44,239 nt of DNA. It comes from a virus. Shown here in pieces: positions 1-9,177 of the stretch. The notes under the pieces are model-generated. The model was not told where the DNA came from. It searched no databases and was given only the letters and a program-made list of their open reading frames with translations. How positions within the stretch are numbered: the stretch's first letter is position 1; every line of letters begins with the position of its first letter. The stretch is taken from positions 1-44,239 of IMG/VR virus record IMGVR_UViG_3300024520_000013; one strand, written 5' to 3'. The translations under genes were made by a program, and so were the position numbers.

Positions 1-127
1 CCAAAGTATGGCCGAAACGGGAACTTCTTCGGATCCTTCGGGAACTTGTCTTCCTCCTTCTTCGGAGTCGGATCCTTCGGGAACTTGTCCTCCTCCTTCT
101 TCGGAGTCGGCTTCTTCTTGCCCTTCT
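1..127. repeat. Terminal overlap copy 1, identical to 44113-44239; marks circular closure or terminal redundancy of a ~44,112-bp unit
   Basis: Read directly: CCAAAGTATGGCCGAAACGG...GGCTTCTTCTTGCCCTTCT occurs at both window ends with no mismatch. Confidence 0.9.
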
Positions 128-164
128 TCTGTTTGTCCTGCGGTGGTACGTCGGTTCCGCTCAT
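1..164 (-). CDS. 5-prime end of the giant virion protein gene; continues across the junction into 44112..37746
   Basis: The minus-strand ATG at 164..162 lies 4 nt after the TAG of the upstream gene (171..169). The frame MSGTDVPPQDKQKKGKKKPTPKKEE... stays open. 164 nt plus 16 nt (44112..44097) makes 60 codons in frame with the TTG listed as start at 44096. Confidence 0.65.
   Translation of the reverse strand, partial: MSGTDVPPQDKQKKGKKKPTPKKEEDKFPKDPTPKKEEDKFPKDPKKFPFRPYF
31..108. repeat. 2 x 39-bp tandem repeat inside the terminal overlap
   Basis: GGATCCTTCGGGAACTTGTC(T/C)TCCTCCTTCTTCGGAGTC at 31-69 and 70-108, one mismatch. On the minus strand it encodes a duplicated 13-aa unit TPKKEEDKFPKDP. 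Confidence 0.85.
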
Positions 165-168
165 AGGT

Positions 169-1128
169 CTACTTGCGCAGCATCTTCAGTTGTGCGGCTC
201 GCTCCATGTTCAGTTGGTCGATCTTGCGCTTGACGTCGTCGATCAGTTCCTGCTTCGGCTTTTGCCCTTCGAGCAACTCCTCGCCCGCCTTCGCGCGACC
301 CATGATCACCTCCCAAGCTTCGAAGCCACCGACCGGCTTCAGGATCTCCTCCATCTGCTCGTTGTAGTACTTCGCTGCCTTGAACTCCATGTCGAGCGAC
401 TTGATCGACTTGTCGAACTCGATCTTGTCCAACTCCTTCTGCACCTGCTCCAGCTTCCCGTCAAGCAAGTCCCTCTGCTTCACGTCCATGTCCTTGTCGT
501 GCGTGAGTCGGTCACGCATGATCTTGATGGTGTCACCCTTGAGTTCGTTGGCGTCCTTTTTCAAATCGAGCCCGCGATCTCCGAACTCTTTCCGTCGACC
601 CTCCTGCTCGCGCCGGTACTTCATCGTCTCGTCGTACTGTCGACGACCCTCTTCGGTACCTCGGAAGCCTTCGTTGTAGTGCGACTTCGGCGGCATGATC
701 TGGCGACGACGTTGCGCCGCAGACTCCCACGAATCGACATCGTCGAGCGCGCCGTATTCAAGCCCGCGCTTTCCGTCTTTTCGACGCTGCAACATTGAGA
801 AAGTGCCGTCGTCTTCCTTCCGCAGACGACCGGCTTGCGAGGAATACATCTTGTCCTCGTGCAGCATCTTCCGCATCTGGATCTCCTCGATCTTCGCTTG
901 GTTCATCGAGCGCTCGTTGTCAATGCGCGATCGAGAGAGTTTCTGCAGCGCTTCGTACCGTGTCGCCTGCAACTTGAACTGCTCATGCTTCATGTGCTGC
1001 GCAGCCATCTGGCTCAACCCGCGCGCAGCCATGTTCCCCGTCGCGAGAGATGCCTGCATCTTCGCTTCACTTGCTCGTTGCTGCAACGGCAGCAGGAGCT
1101 GATGCGTCTTCATTGCCCAGTCGCTCAT
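169..1128 (-). CDS. Hypothetical virion-internal protein candidate, K/E/R/Q-rich coiled coil
   Basis: 319-aa ORF with a 4-nt overlap to the upstream gene. Its stop is 4 nt before the ATG of the giant gene. Charged, helix-prone composition. Confidence 0.6.
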   Translation of the reverse strand: MSDWAMKTHQLLLPLQQRASEAKMQASLATGNMAARGLSQMAAQHMKHEQFKLQATRYEALQKLSRSRIDNERSMNQAKIEEIQMRKMLHEDKMYSSQAGRLRKEDDGTFSMLQRRKDGKRGLEYGALDDVDSWESAAQRRRQIMPPKSHYNEGFRGTEEGRRQYDETMKYRREQEGRRKEFGDRGLDLKKDANELKGDTIKIMRDRLTHDKDMDVKQRDLLDGKLEQVQKELDKIEFDKSIKSLDMEFKAAKYYNEQMEEILKPVGGFEAWEVIMGRAKAGEELLEGQKPKQELIDDVKRKIDQLNMERAAQLKMLRK

Positions 1129-2480
1129 AGGATTGCCGCCGTTATCAGTTCAGTTGCCGCACCTGCCGCACCTGCCGCACCTGCAGCACCTGCCGCACCT
1201 GCCGCACCTGCCGCGCCACCCGCAGGAAGAGATCCCAGTCCTTGACTCATGGTTCCTTCACCCGCACCAGAGACTGCAGCCTCGGACGCTGCCACTGCCG
1301 CGTCACCACCGAGACCCGGCTGGTAGCGACCGACCTTACCGACGTGAACACCTTCTAGCGTCACATCACCCGCCTGCATCTGATTCAACGCGACCATCTG
1401 ATCGTCCATTGCGAATTGCGCGTAGTCTGCCATCGGAACACCACGCACCGATTCGGTATCCCATACCGATGATGCTGCGAGATCCGACTGCGTGCCCATG
1501 TTCGGCCCGAACGCGTCCGCAGCACCCTGCGGTGTGTACGCCCACGCACCCTGATCAACCGGCGGCAGTCCGGCAGCCTGTGCCGCCTGGATATCCGCCG
1601 CTGCCTGGATACCCGCCTGAATTCCAGGTGGCCCGGACGACGCTTGCATAGAACCCGTAGGTGCTGTTCCTGACCCCGATGGGCCTCTTCCCTGGAGAAC
1701 TCCCCCTCCCCCTCCCCCCTCAGAACTTGGACCCACTCCTTCACCTGGGCGCATCGGTGCCCCACCGGAACCGACGCCTTCCGACTGGCCGCGCACCTCA
1801 CCTCCTAGCACGTTGCCTATCCCGGTCTGCTGCGACCCCGGCAATCCCTCCAGAGCCTGCTGTCCAGGATCGCTCTGACCGGGAAGGCTGTCGACCGCCG
1901 GGGTCGACGTACCGGAACCGGTGGAAGTCTTGGGCGTTGTACCCTTATCTCCCGGCACATCGGACGTGTTCGTTCCTGCAGTGGTTTGCGGCACAGAACT
2001 GAATGGCGAACCACCTACGATCATCCCCTTGATTGCCATCCTCTCCGCATCTTTGCGTGCTTCCGCCGCATGCGTCTCGCGGTACTGCCCGAGCAAGTCG
2101 GGCGCGTCGCGACGACGCTGCACGTTGATGTTCGACATGTTCGAGTAGTAGCTCGACAGCATCGACGCAGCACCACCGGGACGGTAGGTCTGCAGGTTCG
2201 ACAAACCCTCGCGCTGCGTTTGCTGTGCCTCGCGCGCAAGCCGATCGTTACGCCGCGCGGCCATGCGATCGGCTCGAAGTTGCATTCGGAGTCCAGTGTC
2301 CTTATCGGGCATGTCCGGGGTAAAACCCATCTCGTCCATGCTGGCGTAGTTCGGACTGGGGTCGTTCGGATCCTCACGATAGTCTCGGTTATAGTTCGAG
2401 CCGTACCAGTTGGACTGGTGACCAGCCGGGTCGAGCCACCCTCCGGCCTTTTCTTCGATCTTTCTGAAAAAGTTGCCCAT
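1125..2480 (-). CDS. Hypothetical virion-internal protein candidate with a long low-complexity region
   Basis: 451-aa ORF. The central ~200 aa are G/S/P/Q/A-rich and the C-terminus carries a (GAA)n run. Overlap-coupled to both neighbours. Confidence 0.6.
   Translation of the reverse strand: MGNFFRKIEEKAGGWLDPAGHQSNWYGSNYNRDYREDPNDPSPNYASMDEMGFTPDMPDKDTGLRMQLRADRMAARRNDRLAREAQQTQREGLSNLQTYRPGGAASMLSSYYSNMSNINVQRRRDAPDLLGQYRETHAAEARKDAERMAIKGMIVGGSPFSSVPQTTAGTNTSDVPGDKGTTPKTSTGSGTSTPAVDSLPGQSDPGQQALEGLPGSQQTGIGNVLGGEVRGQSEGVGSGGAPMRPGEGVGPSSEGGGGGGVLQGRGPSGSGTAPTGSMQASSGPPGIQAGIQAAADIQAAQAAGLPPVDQGAWAYTPQGAADAFGPNMGTQSDLAASSVWDTESVRGVPMADYAQFAMDDQMVALNQMQAGDVTLEGVHVGKVGRYQPGLGGDAAVAASEAAVSGAGEGTMSQGLGSLPAGGAAGAAGAAGAAGAAGAAGAATELITAAIL
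1156..1218. repeat. 9-bp tandem repeat GCCGCACCT, 6 copies plus one degenerate, in coding sequence
   Basis: Read directly. It encodes GAAGAAGAAGAAGAAGAAGAA near the C-terminus of the 451-aa ORF. Confidence 0.85.
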
Positions 2481-3073
2481 TATCGCTGCACTTCCTTATC
2501 CGTCATCTTGCCTCTCTCGGCATTCTGAATGTTCTGTCCTGGTCTGGCAACACCGGTCACCGCGCCCTGCCAAATCATGGATACCTTCGCCTTCTGATCC
2601 ATACTGCCCGCGCCCGACCATTCGCCGGACTGTTGTTCGTCTGACTCCTGCCACACCGGTGTCACGCCAGTGTCGACCCCCTGCTGATCGGCGACCTTCT
2701 CCATCTCAATCGTGATGATGAGATCCACCATCGTGGCTGCGACCCCACTCGATCGCTCAACCATGCGCGCGTAGATCGGACTCTGGTATCCAACCGTACC
2801 TGACGACTTGTTGAAAAGCACTGGCTTGTCGATGGTCATACCCTCGATCAACCCCTGCACCAAGATCTTGTCTCGCCCATATTCGGTTGGATGCAACAGT
2901 TCCCAGTCCATCACGAGATCCGAACCATTCGTGGATCCGAAATTGATGAACGACACGTTCCGAATCTCGAAGTCCTGATGCGCAGTTCCGACGAAGAAGA
3001 TCGTCGTGCCCGCGCCAGCCAGGGCACCCCATCCTTTGATCTTGTTTTGAAGTCGAAAACTCTGTGCCATCAC
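2480..3073 (-). CDS. Hypothetical virion protein
   Basis: 197-aa ORF starting MMAQSF, with ATGA overlap to the upstream gene and a 1-nt overlap with the downstream start. Confidence 0.55.
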   Translation of the reverse strand: MMAQSFRLQNKIKGWGALAGAGTTIFFVGTAHQDFEIRNVSFINFGSTNGSDLVMDWELLHPTEYGRDKILVQGLIEGMTIDKPVLFNKSSGTVGYQSPIYARMVERSSGVAATMVDLIITIEMEKVADQQGVDTGVTPVWQESDEQQSGEWSGAGSMDQKAKVSMIWQGAVTGVARPGQNIQNAERGKMTDKEVQR

Positions 3074-6000
3074 CCTGTCCGTGCGGCCTGAAAAAGTACA
3101 TCCTTCAATCGGACGTGTGCGTTACCGAAGATCTCGATCTTGATCTTCGAGAGTTCAAAACCACTGCCGAATCCTGTCTCGAACAGTGTGCGCCGATCCT
3201 CCTCTGCGAGTCGCTGTCCCCACTGTTTGCCGACGTAGTAGAAGTTACCCTCCGAGTCTGTCACGGTAATCCTCCCATACTCGAAGAGCGTTTCCGGTGG
3301 ACTCGGATGGTTGTTCTCGACGGTGTGAACGAGAACGACACCGGAAAACGTATCCTGGTTGAATGCGCTCCCGCTGATCATCTTGTAGGTCGATTCGAGT
3401 GTTATCTGCGTAATGCCGACCTCAAGAATATCATTGATACTCCAAGTAACCCCGGTTGGTGTCGGCGTGAGCGTAACCTGTCCCGACGTAGACGCAGCGA
3501 GCGCAGTACCGAACCACAACACGTCGCCGGTTGTCACATCGCGCACCATGAGCTTCGTGTCGATCGTGATATCGTCAACAGCGATACCCGTCGCCTTGAA
3601 GATAGCCTCGCCCGTTGTGTTCGCAGTCGTGCAGATTTCCTGCGTCGTGTTCTGCAGGTGATCCTGCATGCGGTCGTCGAATTGGTAGATGTTGCCGTCC
3701 TCTTCGAGTGCGAACATCCGCCATACACCGGAGCTATCCGGCATACGTTCCAGGTCGACGATCTCCTGGCCCGCTTTCACCTGATGAATCGAGAACGCAT
3801 CGGATGCCGTGTTGTAAGTCAGGATCGTATCGTTCGGCAGTTTGCTGAACCCATCATCCCAGTCCGTGTTCACCGGGTTGATCGGGTCGTTATCAAACAA
3901 CCCGCCACCTGGAGAGGAAGACTGATGGAGGTCGGCACGCACCCCCCACATGATCCGATAGTTTTCTTCGTCGTAGGCACCAATCGATTGCCACATGAGC
4001 CCGTAACTGTCGGTCTTGAAAGTATCCCATGTCTTCTTGATGGAAACTCCAATCCAACGAACCGTACTACCGTCGCAGAGAACGGGACCGTCCTTTGAAA
4101 GCCAACCGAGACCACCGGGAAACTCGACAATCGAATTCGGAGCAATACAACCATAGACGTCACTGATCAACGTCGGTGAAGATCCGAGTGGCGACCGTCC
4201 CCACGAAATCCGATAGGTCTCCTCATCAGTCATAACGATCAACGCATCACGCAGTCGACCAGCAGCACGAATATCCACGCCCTGAAGTCGATCGAATATG
4301 ATTCGATTTATCGCTGGCGTAATGCCGGGATGCTCTTGTTCCGAAAACCAAATCTGTCCCCGCGACATTGCAACCGAGACGTCGAACGGATCGATCGCCT
4401 GTTTTTGGTAGTAGTAGTGACCATCCTCGAACGACCACGGGAATTGGCGAATGCCGAAGCCATTACTATTGATCGTCGATCGTTGAAGCGACCCACCGTA
4501 GGTGGTGGTCGACTCGACGTCATCCTTCTGCTCCTTCAAACGAATTCGCCCGTGCTCCCAATTCTTAGGAGTCTTGGAATCACCAGGATGCAAAGGCATT
4601 CGCGCAACAGACCCTTGATACGCAGACGGCAAACGGTGGCTGGCTGAAAGTGTGCCCGCATCCGCGATCTTGGCCCGCGATTGCGGGAAATGGTTGAACC
4701 GAAGTTCATTAGCAACGGAACCTAATACGACGCTTCGTTTTGACACCTCCCCCTTCATCCGCTGCGAACCAAGATCACCACTATGGGAAATCGGACCACC
4801 ATAGAACGTGACACCACGCACGGTAACTGACCAAGACGCACCCATCGGAGCGTGCTCCAGAGTTGGAAACTGCGGGTACTGATCCCACGAAACTCTTGTC
4901 TGCGTGGTATTTTGTACTGCGAAGTCGAATAGCCATGCTTGAGACGTTGTCGTCTTGAACTTATCGGTAAACTTCTCGATCCAGGCATCCCCGTGACGAT
5001 TAGCATCCACCTGAACCTCGTATATTGGATAGTAACCCGTGTCCGCAGGTGATTCACTCGCACCGGACGTGTAGACAACTATGCTCAATCCCGAACACTC
5101 CGACTCCATCAATCGAGGATCGGAAGCAAAGAGTTCGACGTATGCCTTATTTGCTGCCTTGCCAGCAAGACTTACCTGCCACAACTCACTCGGCAACCCG
5201 ACCTCTCCGGTGTAGCGGTCTCGGTAACCGACTCTGAAGTTGATCTTGTGAGTCGTTGGAAAGTTCGTCCAGGTTTGCGCTACAGTGCCAGTTCTTGCCG
5301 CGAAGATCGAACCCTTCGGCACCCCGAGCTTCCTCGTCCAGCGCACCGTATTGCCGGTACCCTCGAATGCCGCACGTAGGGTTGCTGTGAGAGGACAGCC
5401 AAACCCAGGCACTGCAATAATCAAATCGTCATTGGTGACGTGAAGGTTCGCCTTTCGACGCGCCTGATGACTGAAGATCGTCGGTGGTGTTGGTGGATTT
5501 GAAGCTCCTTGCGGTTGGAAGTTGTAGTAATTGTTATAGAGCGAGTTAACCGGGTTCGGCCAATACTCCCATGGTGTCTCGGTTGCTATACCGGCGAGAA
5601 GATAGTTGAGAGAACCGAGCGACACGAAGGTCGCAAGCGACAGTTTGGCTTCGTTTCTGGGGTCGTGGTGGACCGTGTCGGTAACGACTGCAGGATAGCC
5701 ATTCACCCACTTCAGTCCGTGATACGAGGTGTTTTTGGGTTGGCTTGCCGAATTTAGGTAGGTTCCGACACGAGGAACGAACATTCCACTGGTCGTCGTC
5801 AACTCCGTCGCCGACCCCCATGAAGTCGTGTCGACAGTGAAGGTCAACACCTCCTGCGACTGGACCGTCACCGTCACCGTGTCGATGGCTACGTACGTCG
5901 TGGAGGTAAACGCGAAATCGAGCTTGCAGGTGTAAGTCTGGCCTTTTTTCAGTCCGTGCCCGGTGTACTCGTCCTTCCTAAAGTACGCCGTGACTGTTGT

Positions 6001-6264
6001 GATACCCGATGTGAACCTTATCTGCGGTTTCTTCGATCCGCTGCCAGGGTCACCACCATGCACGGTCATCCGATCGTAGTACTTCGGCTGCGCCGCCTGC
6101 ACGGTACCGGGATACCGAACGATCTCGGTACCGTCTTTGCCGACCACACACCCGAGCATCGTGGTGAACAGACCGGAAGCCGGGGAGACGTCCGTCAGAT
6201 CGACCAGACCTCCCCAGGTTGGACGTTCGCCCTTCAAGGATAGTTCGATGCTAGTAGAGGCCAT
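3070..6264 (-). CDS. Large tail protein at the nozzle/tail-tubular-B (T7 gp12-like) position
   Basis: The ORF track start (6327) would overlap the upstream gene by 77 nt. The internal ATG at 6264 (MASTSIELSL) gives a 14-nt overlap and 1,064 aa. The call rests on size and position only. Confidence 0.6.
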   Translation of the reverse strand: MASTSIELSLKGERPTWGGLVDLTDVSPASGLFTTMLGCVVGKDGTEIVRYPGTVQAAQPKYYDRMTVHGGDPGSGSKKPQIRFTSGITTVTAYFRKDEYTGHGLKKGQTYTCKLDFAFTSTTYVAIDTVTVTVQSQEVLTFTVDTTSWGSATELTTTSGMFVPRVGTYLNSASQPKNTSYHGLKWVNGYPAVVTDTVHHDPRNEAKLSLATFVSLGSLNYLLAGIATETPWEYWPNPVNSLYNNYYNFQPQGASNPPTPPTIFSHQARRKANLHVTNDDLIIAVPGFGCPLTATLRAAFEGTGNTVRWTRKLGVPKGSIFAARTGTVAQTWTNFPTTHKINFRVGYRDRYTGEVGLPSELWQVSLAGKAANKAYVELFASDPRLMESECSGLSIVVYTSGASESPADTGYYPIYEVQVDANRHGDAWIEKFTDKFKTTTSQAWLFDFAVQNTTQTRVSWDQYPQFPTLEHAPMGASWSVTVRGVTFYGGPISHSGDLGSQRMKGEVSKRSVVLGSVANELRFNHFPQSRAKIADAGTLSASHRLPSAYQGSVARMPLHPGDSKTPKNWEHGRIRLKEQKDDVESTTTYGGSLQRSTINSNGFGIRQFPWSFEDGHYYYQKQAIDPFDVSVAMSRGQIWFSEQEHPGITPAINRIIFDRLQGVDIRAAGRLRDALIVMTDEETYRISWGRSPLGSSPTLISDVYGCIAPNSIVEFPGGLGWLSKDGPVLCDGSTVRWIGVSIKKTWDTFKTDSYGLMWQSIGAYDEENYRIMWGVRADLHQSSSPGGGLFDNDPINPVNTDWDDGFSKLPNDTILTYNTASDAFSIHQVKAGQEIVDLERMPDSSGVWRMFALEEDGNIYQFDDRMQDHLQNTTQEICTTANTTGEAIFKATGIAVDDITIDTKLMVRDVTTGDVLWFGTALAASTSGQVTLTPTPTGVTWSINDILEVGITQITLESTYKMISGSAFNQDTFSGVVLVHTVENNHPSPPETLFEYGRITVTDSEGNFYYVGKQWGQRLAEEDRRTLFETGFGSGFELSKIKIEIFGNAHVRLKDVLFQAARTG

Positions 6265-7606
6265 AAAGCTGCCAGGGTGAATCCACGTATCTTGAGTCAC
6301 GCGAGAAGATCCTGTTCGACCGAACACGCACCCGATTCTTCTCGCTAGTCTTCAGTCGATTCAGATATGCCCTCATCCGCAACATCGCGGCTCGATACCT
6401 GGCTACGAGAGAACCCTCCCACCGGGCATCCGCCGAACGCGCCGCAACGCGCAGCGCGGCTGAGATCACGATCACCTCGTCGAACATGCGCGGGATGACA
6501 CACCGGTCGGTGTCGTTGATCAGGTCACCCCATCGCTTGTGGTACTGGACGATGTAGGTACCTCCCCCGTTTGGGTTCTCACCAAGCAAGATGCGAACCG
6601 CGTTCTGCACGGTATAGCCTTCGAGTCGCCACGCGACCGGGACTCGCGATGGCGAATGCATGATCTCCGTGATCATCTCCACCGTCTGTGGGAACTCGAC
6701 CGTCTTGCTGTCCTCCGAGGTGAACGTCATCGTCTCCTCGCGGCGCGTGAACAATGCGAGCTGACCAATCGAAACCATCACTTCCTGTTGCGCCGAGTTG
6801 ACCTGGGCGTTGAGGTAGGCATCCGTCAGGTTGGTATTACCACCACGCGAGATCTCGTCTTTCGTCGCGTTGCGGAGTTGCTCCAGAGTGCGACCCTGAT
6901 GCACCGACAACGAGGGGATGACGTACTTATCGGTCGCCTCCCAGGTATCGACCCCCACTCCCGGCTCGCCGACACCGAATCCCCATGTGCCCGCCGCCTT
7001 GGTCGTCGCGTCGATACCGGAACTAGGACCAAGGTCGAGCGAGTTGACGATCGGGGTCTGGTCGTCATTGACGAACGCTTGCAAGCGCACACCCACGTCC
7101 TCGCTCGTCACCGTGAAGCGGAGATTCTGAAGCCCACCTTGCACCGGGGAGTTCATGTTCGCCGTGACACTGGTGGTGCTCAACAACGTGCGAGTCGCTG
7201 CCGAACGTTCGTAGCGGTACAGCAGAATATCTGCCGTGGTGGCTGTGTCCCAATTGAGCTGGCACTCGTAGCCACCGTTCGCGTCAAACGAAGTCACGCT
7301 GATGGTGTCGTCAAGGCGCGCGTAGAGCGCAACCCAGGCGTCCGCACCATCGGTGTAGCTCACACAACTACAACGAAGCTCCTGCTCCGCAGAGAGTGGT
7401 AGGATGCCGTCGTCCGCAGTCGTCGGATCCTTGAACGCAACAGCGGCACCACTAGTTGCCTGCGCCAACCCGGCGACAACTTGCATCTCGTCGAGCGGTT
7501 GCGGTCCAGAACCCGTGGCATCGATCGGCGTGATCCAATCGTTTTGTGCGAGCGGATCCTCGTCGTCGAACTCAAACGTCTCGGTGATCTGGACCGTATC
7601 TGCCAT
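6251..7606 (-). CDS. Virion protein at the head-tail adaptor position, with an extra N-terminal domain
   Basis: 451-aa ORF between the capsid block and the 1,064-aa tail protein. The N-terminal ~230 aa are beta-rich, the C-terminal ~200 aa helical. Functional call from position only. Confidence 0.5.
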   Translation of the reverse strand: MADTVQITETFEFDDEDPLAQNDWITPIDATGSGPQPLDEMQVVAGLAQATSGAAVAFKDPTTADDGILPLSAEQELRCSCVSYTDGADAWVALYARLDDTISVTSFDANGGYECQLNWDTATTADILLYRYERSAATRTLLSTTSVTANMNSPVQGGLQNLRFTVTSEDVGVRLQAFVNDDQTPIVNSLDLGPSSGIDATTKAAGTWGFGVGEPGVGVDTWEATDKYVIPSLSVHQGRTLEQLRNATKDEISRGGNTNLTDAYLNAQVNSAQQEVMVSIGQLALFTRREETMTFTSEDSKTVEFPQTVEMITEIMHSPSRVPVAWRLEGYTVQNAVRILLGENPNGGGTYIVQYHKRWGDLINDTDRCVIPRMFDEVIVISAALRVAARSADARWEGSLVARYRAAMLRMRAYLNRLKTSEKNRVRVRSNRIFSRDSRYVDSPWQLYGLY

Positions 7607-8097
7607 CAGTCATCTCCGAAATAGCAACCGTGCTTCTTCAACATCCGCTTCGTGTCCTGCGTCCAGATGTGCCGATTGCTCTGCGAGTTCTGCACCGTAC
7701 GGAACATCTCGGCTGGAACCGAACCAACGAGGCGAAGCTCGCCATCCTTGCGACGTGAACCACCTCGGGCCCGCTTTGCAGCGAGAGCCTGCCTGCGCTT
7801 GTCGCGCACAGCCTCGGACATGATTGCTTCCTGCTGTTCAGCAGTTCGCGGGTTGCCGTCGATCGTGCCTTGGATCAGAGTCTTCTTCGATTCGTCGTAG
7901 AGCTTGAAACCCTTCTCACCCATGTAGTGCCGCCTGCGCGACGACGCCATAGGCGGAGTCTCCACCGGACCACGCCAATCGTGTTCGGTGCGTCGCGTGC
8001 CACAACCTGGGCAACGCGGTTTCTGCAGCGGACCTTTCGAGATGGGACGTGATGCCGACCACCCGTTTCCGCACTTGCATGTGTAGTGGTAGATCAT
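7606..8097 (-). CDS. Zinc-ribbon protein with a basic central segment
   Basis: The N-terminus YTCKCGNGW...PRCPGCG carries two Cys pairs, followed by the K/R-rich stretch RDKRRQALAAKRARGGSRRKDG. Confidence 0.6.
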   Translation of the reverse strand: MIYHYTCKCGNGWSASRPISKGPLQKPRCPGCGTRRTEHDWRGPVETPPMASSRRRHYMGEKGFKLYDESKKTLIQGTIDGNPRTAEQQEAIMSEAVRDKRRQALAAKRARGGSRRKDGELRLVGSVPAEMFRTVQNSQSNRHIWTQDTKRMLKKHGCYFGDD

Positions 8098-8106
8098 GTG
8101 GTGAAC

Positions 8107-8148
8107 GAGCCGAAAGACTCCCCTTCTCAGTAGAGAGTCTTCCGGCTC
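8107..8148 (-). terminator. 14-bp stem-loop just downstream of the major capsid gene (terminator, attenuator or RNA stabiliser)
   Basis: GAGCCGAAAGACTC (8107-8120) pairs with GAGTCTTCCGGCTC (8135-8148) apart from one G-U position. No U-tract follows on the minus strand. Confidence 0.35.
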
Positions 8149-8157
8149 AGACCTCGA

Positions 8158-9177
8158 CTAAGCGGCTTGATCCCACCCGCCGGTGCATGCGAGCATGTTG
8201 TCGCACTTGATGCCCGATTCGATCACGCACAGACCCTTCGTCGAATCGCCGTCCTTGGCGATCGGGACGTGGCCGAGACCACGCAGGATCATGCGGTGGA
8301 ACCGCTCGGGCTCGATGACGATGAACGCATCTTCGAAGACCACCGACGTCGGTCCGCCGGTCGCATTCCAGGACACGCTGGTCGTGCCGTCCATGTAGCG
8401 ATCGAGGTTGATCGCGATCTCACCGAAGTCGGACTCGAAGAAGTCGATGGTTTCACCCCACGCCTTCGACGCCACGCTGATGTTTCGCCGACTCGTGCCG
8501 TTAGCGTAAACCATCGCCATGGCCGAGATGATCCGCTTCATCTTCGCGCCGCAAAGCGCGACGGACCCACCGATGTTCATGCCGTTCGTGTAGCCGTTCT
8601 GCAAGATGTCGTGCAGATCGTCGCGCGTCATGTCGGCACCGGAACCGTTCTGGAAAGTCGGCTTGTAGCTGCCGTACGTACCTGTCGCGACGCCGGAGAT
8701 CGGCTCGTCCCAGAACGTCTGCAGACCCCACGCCAGGACACCGGTCGGAATCCGCGCCACTGCGGTAGTGACCTCTGCGGCTTCGTAGCCCCAGTGGTTG
8801 TTGAACTCGGCCTGCTTCATCGTGGCGACCGACTGCTTCCACAACTGGTAGTTGTAGGCATCGTCGTAGCCCGCCTCGGTCACGACACGACGAGTGTCTG
8901 CAACCTGCACGGTGTTGGTGTTGATTCCACAACCGGCTTTCAAACGCACGACCTCCGCACCTGCGGCGTAGGACAGCGTTGCGTTTTCCGCCACCGATGC
9001 AACGGCAGTCGGAGTTGGCAGCTCATCAACTGCCCAGTCAAAGTAGACGTCGTGACACGACTCCTCATCCAGCAAGCTGGTGAGGGGCAGATCGGTCGGC
9101 GTCATGATCGTGATCACGTCCGACAGATCCTCTCGGACCACGGTCGAGTCGTAGGTTGCGCTAAACGTTGCTCCCAT
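8158..9177 (-). CDS. Major capsid protein (HK97 fold)
   Basis: The N-terminal motif VVREDLSDVITIMTPTDLPLTSLL is typical of this capsid family. 339 aa, sitting directly after a scaffold-like gene. Confidence 0.85.
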   Translation of the reverse strand: MGATFSATYDSTVVREDLSDVITIMTPTDLPLTSLLDEESCHDVYFDWAVDELPTPTAVASVAENATLSYAAGAEVVRLKAGCGINTNTVQVADTRRVVTEAGYDDAYNYQLWKQSVATMKQAEFNNHWGYEAAEVTTAVARIPTGVLAWGLQTFWDEPISGVATGTYGSYKPTFQNGSGADMTRDDLHDILQNGYTNGMNIGGSVALCGAKMKRIISAMAMVYANGTSRRNISVASKAWGETIDFFESDFGEIAINLDRYMDGTTSVSWNATGGPTSVVFEDAFIVIEPERFHRMILRGLGHVPIAKDGDSTKGLCVIESGIKCDNMLACTGGWDQAA

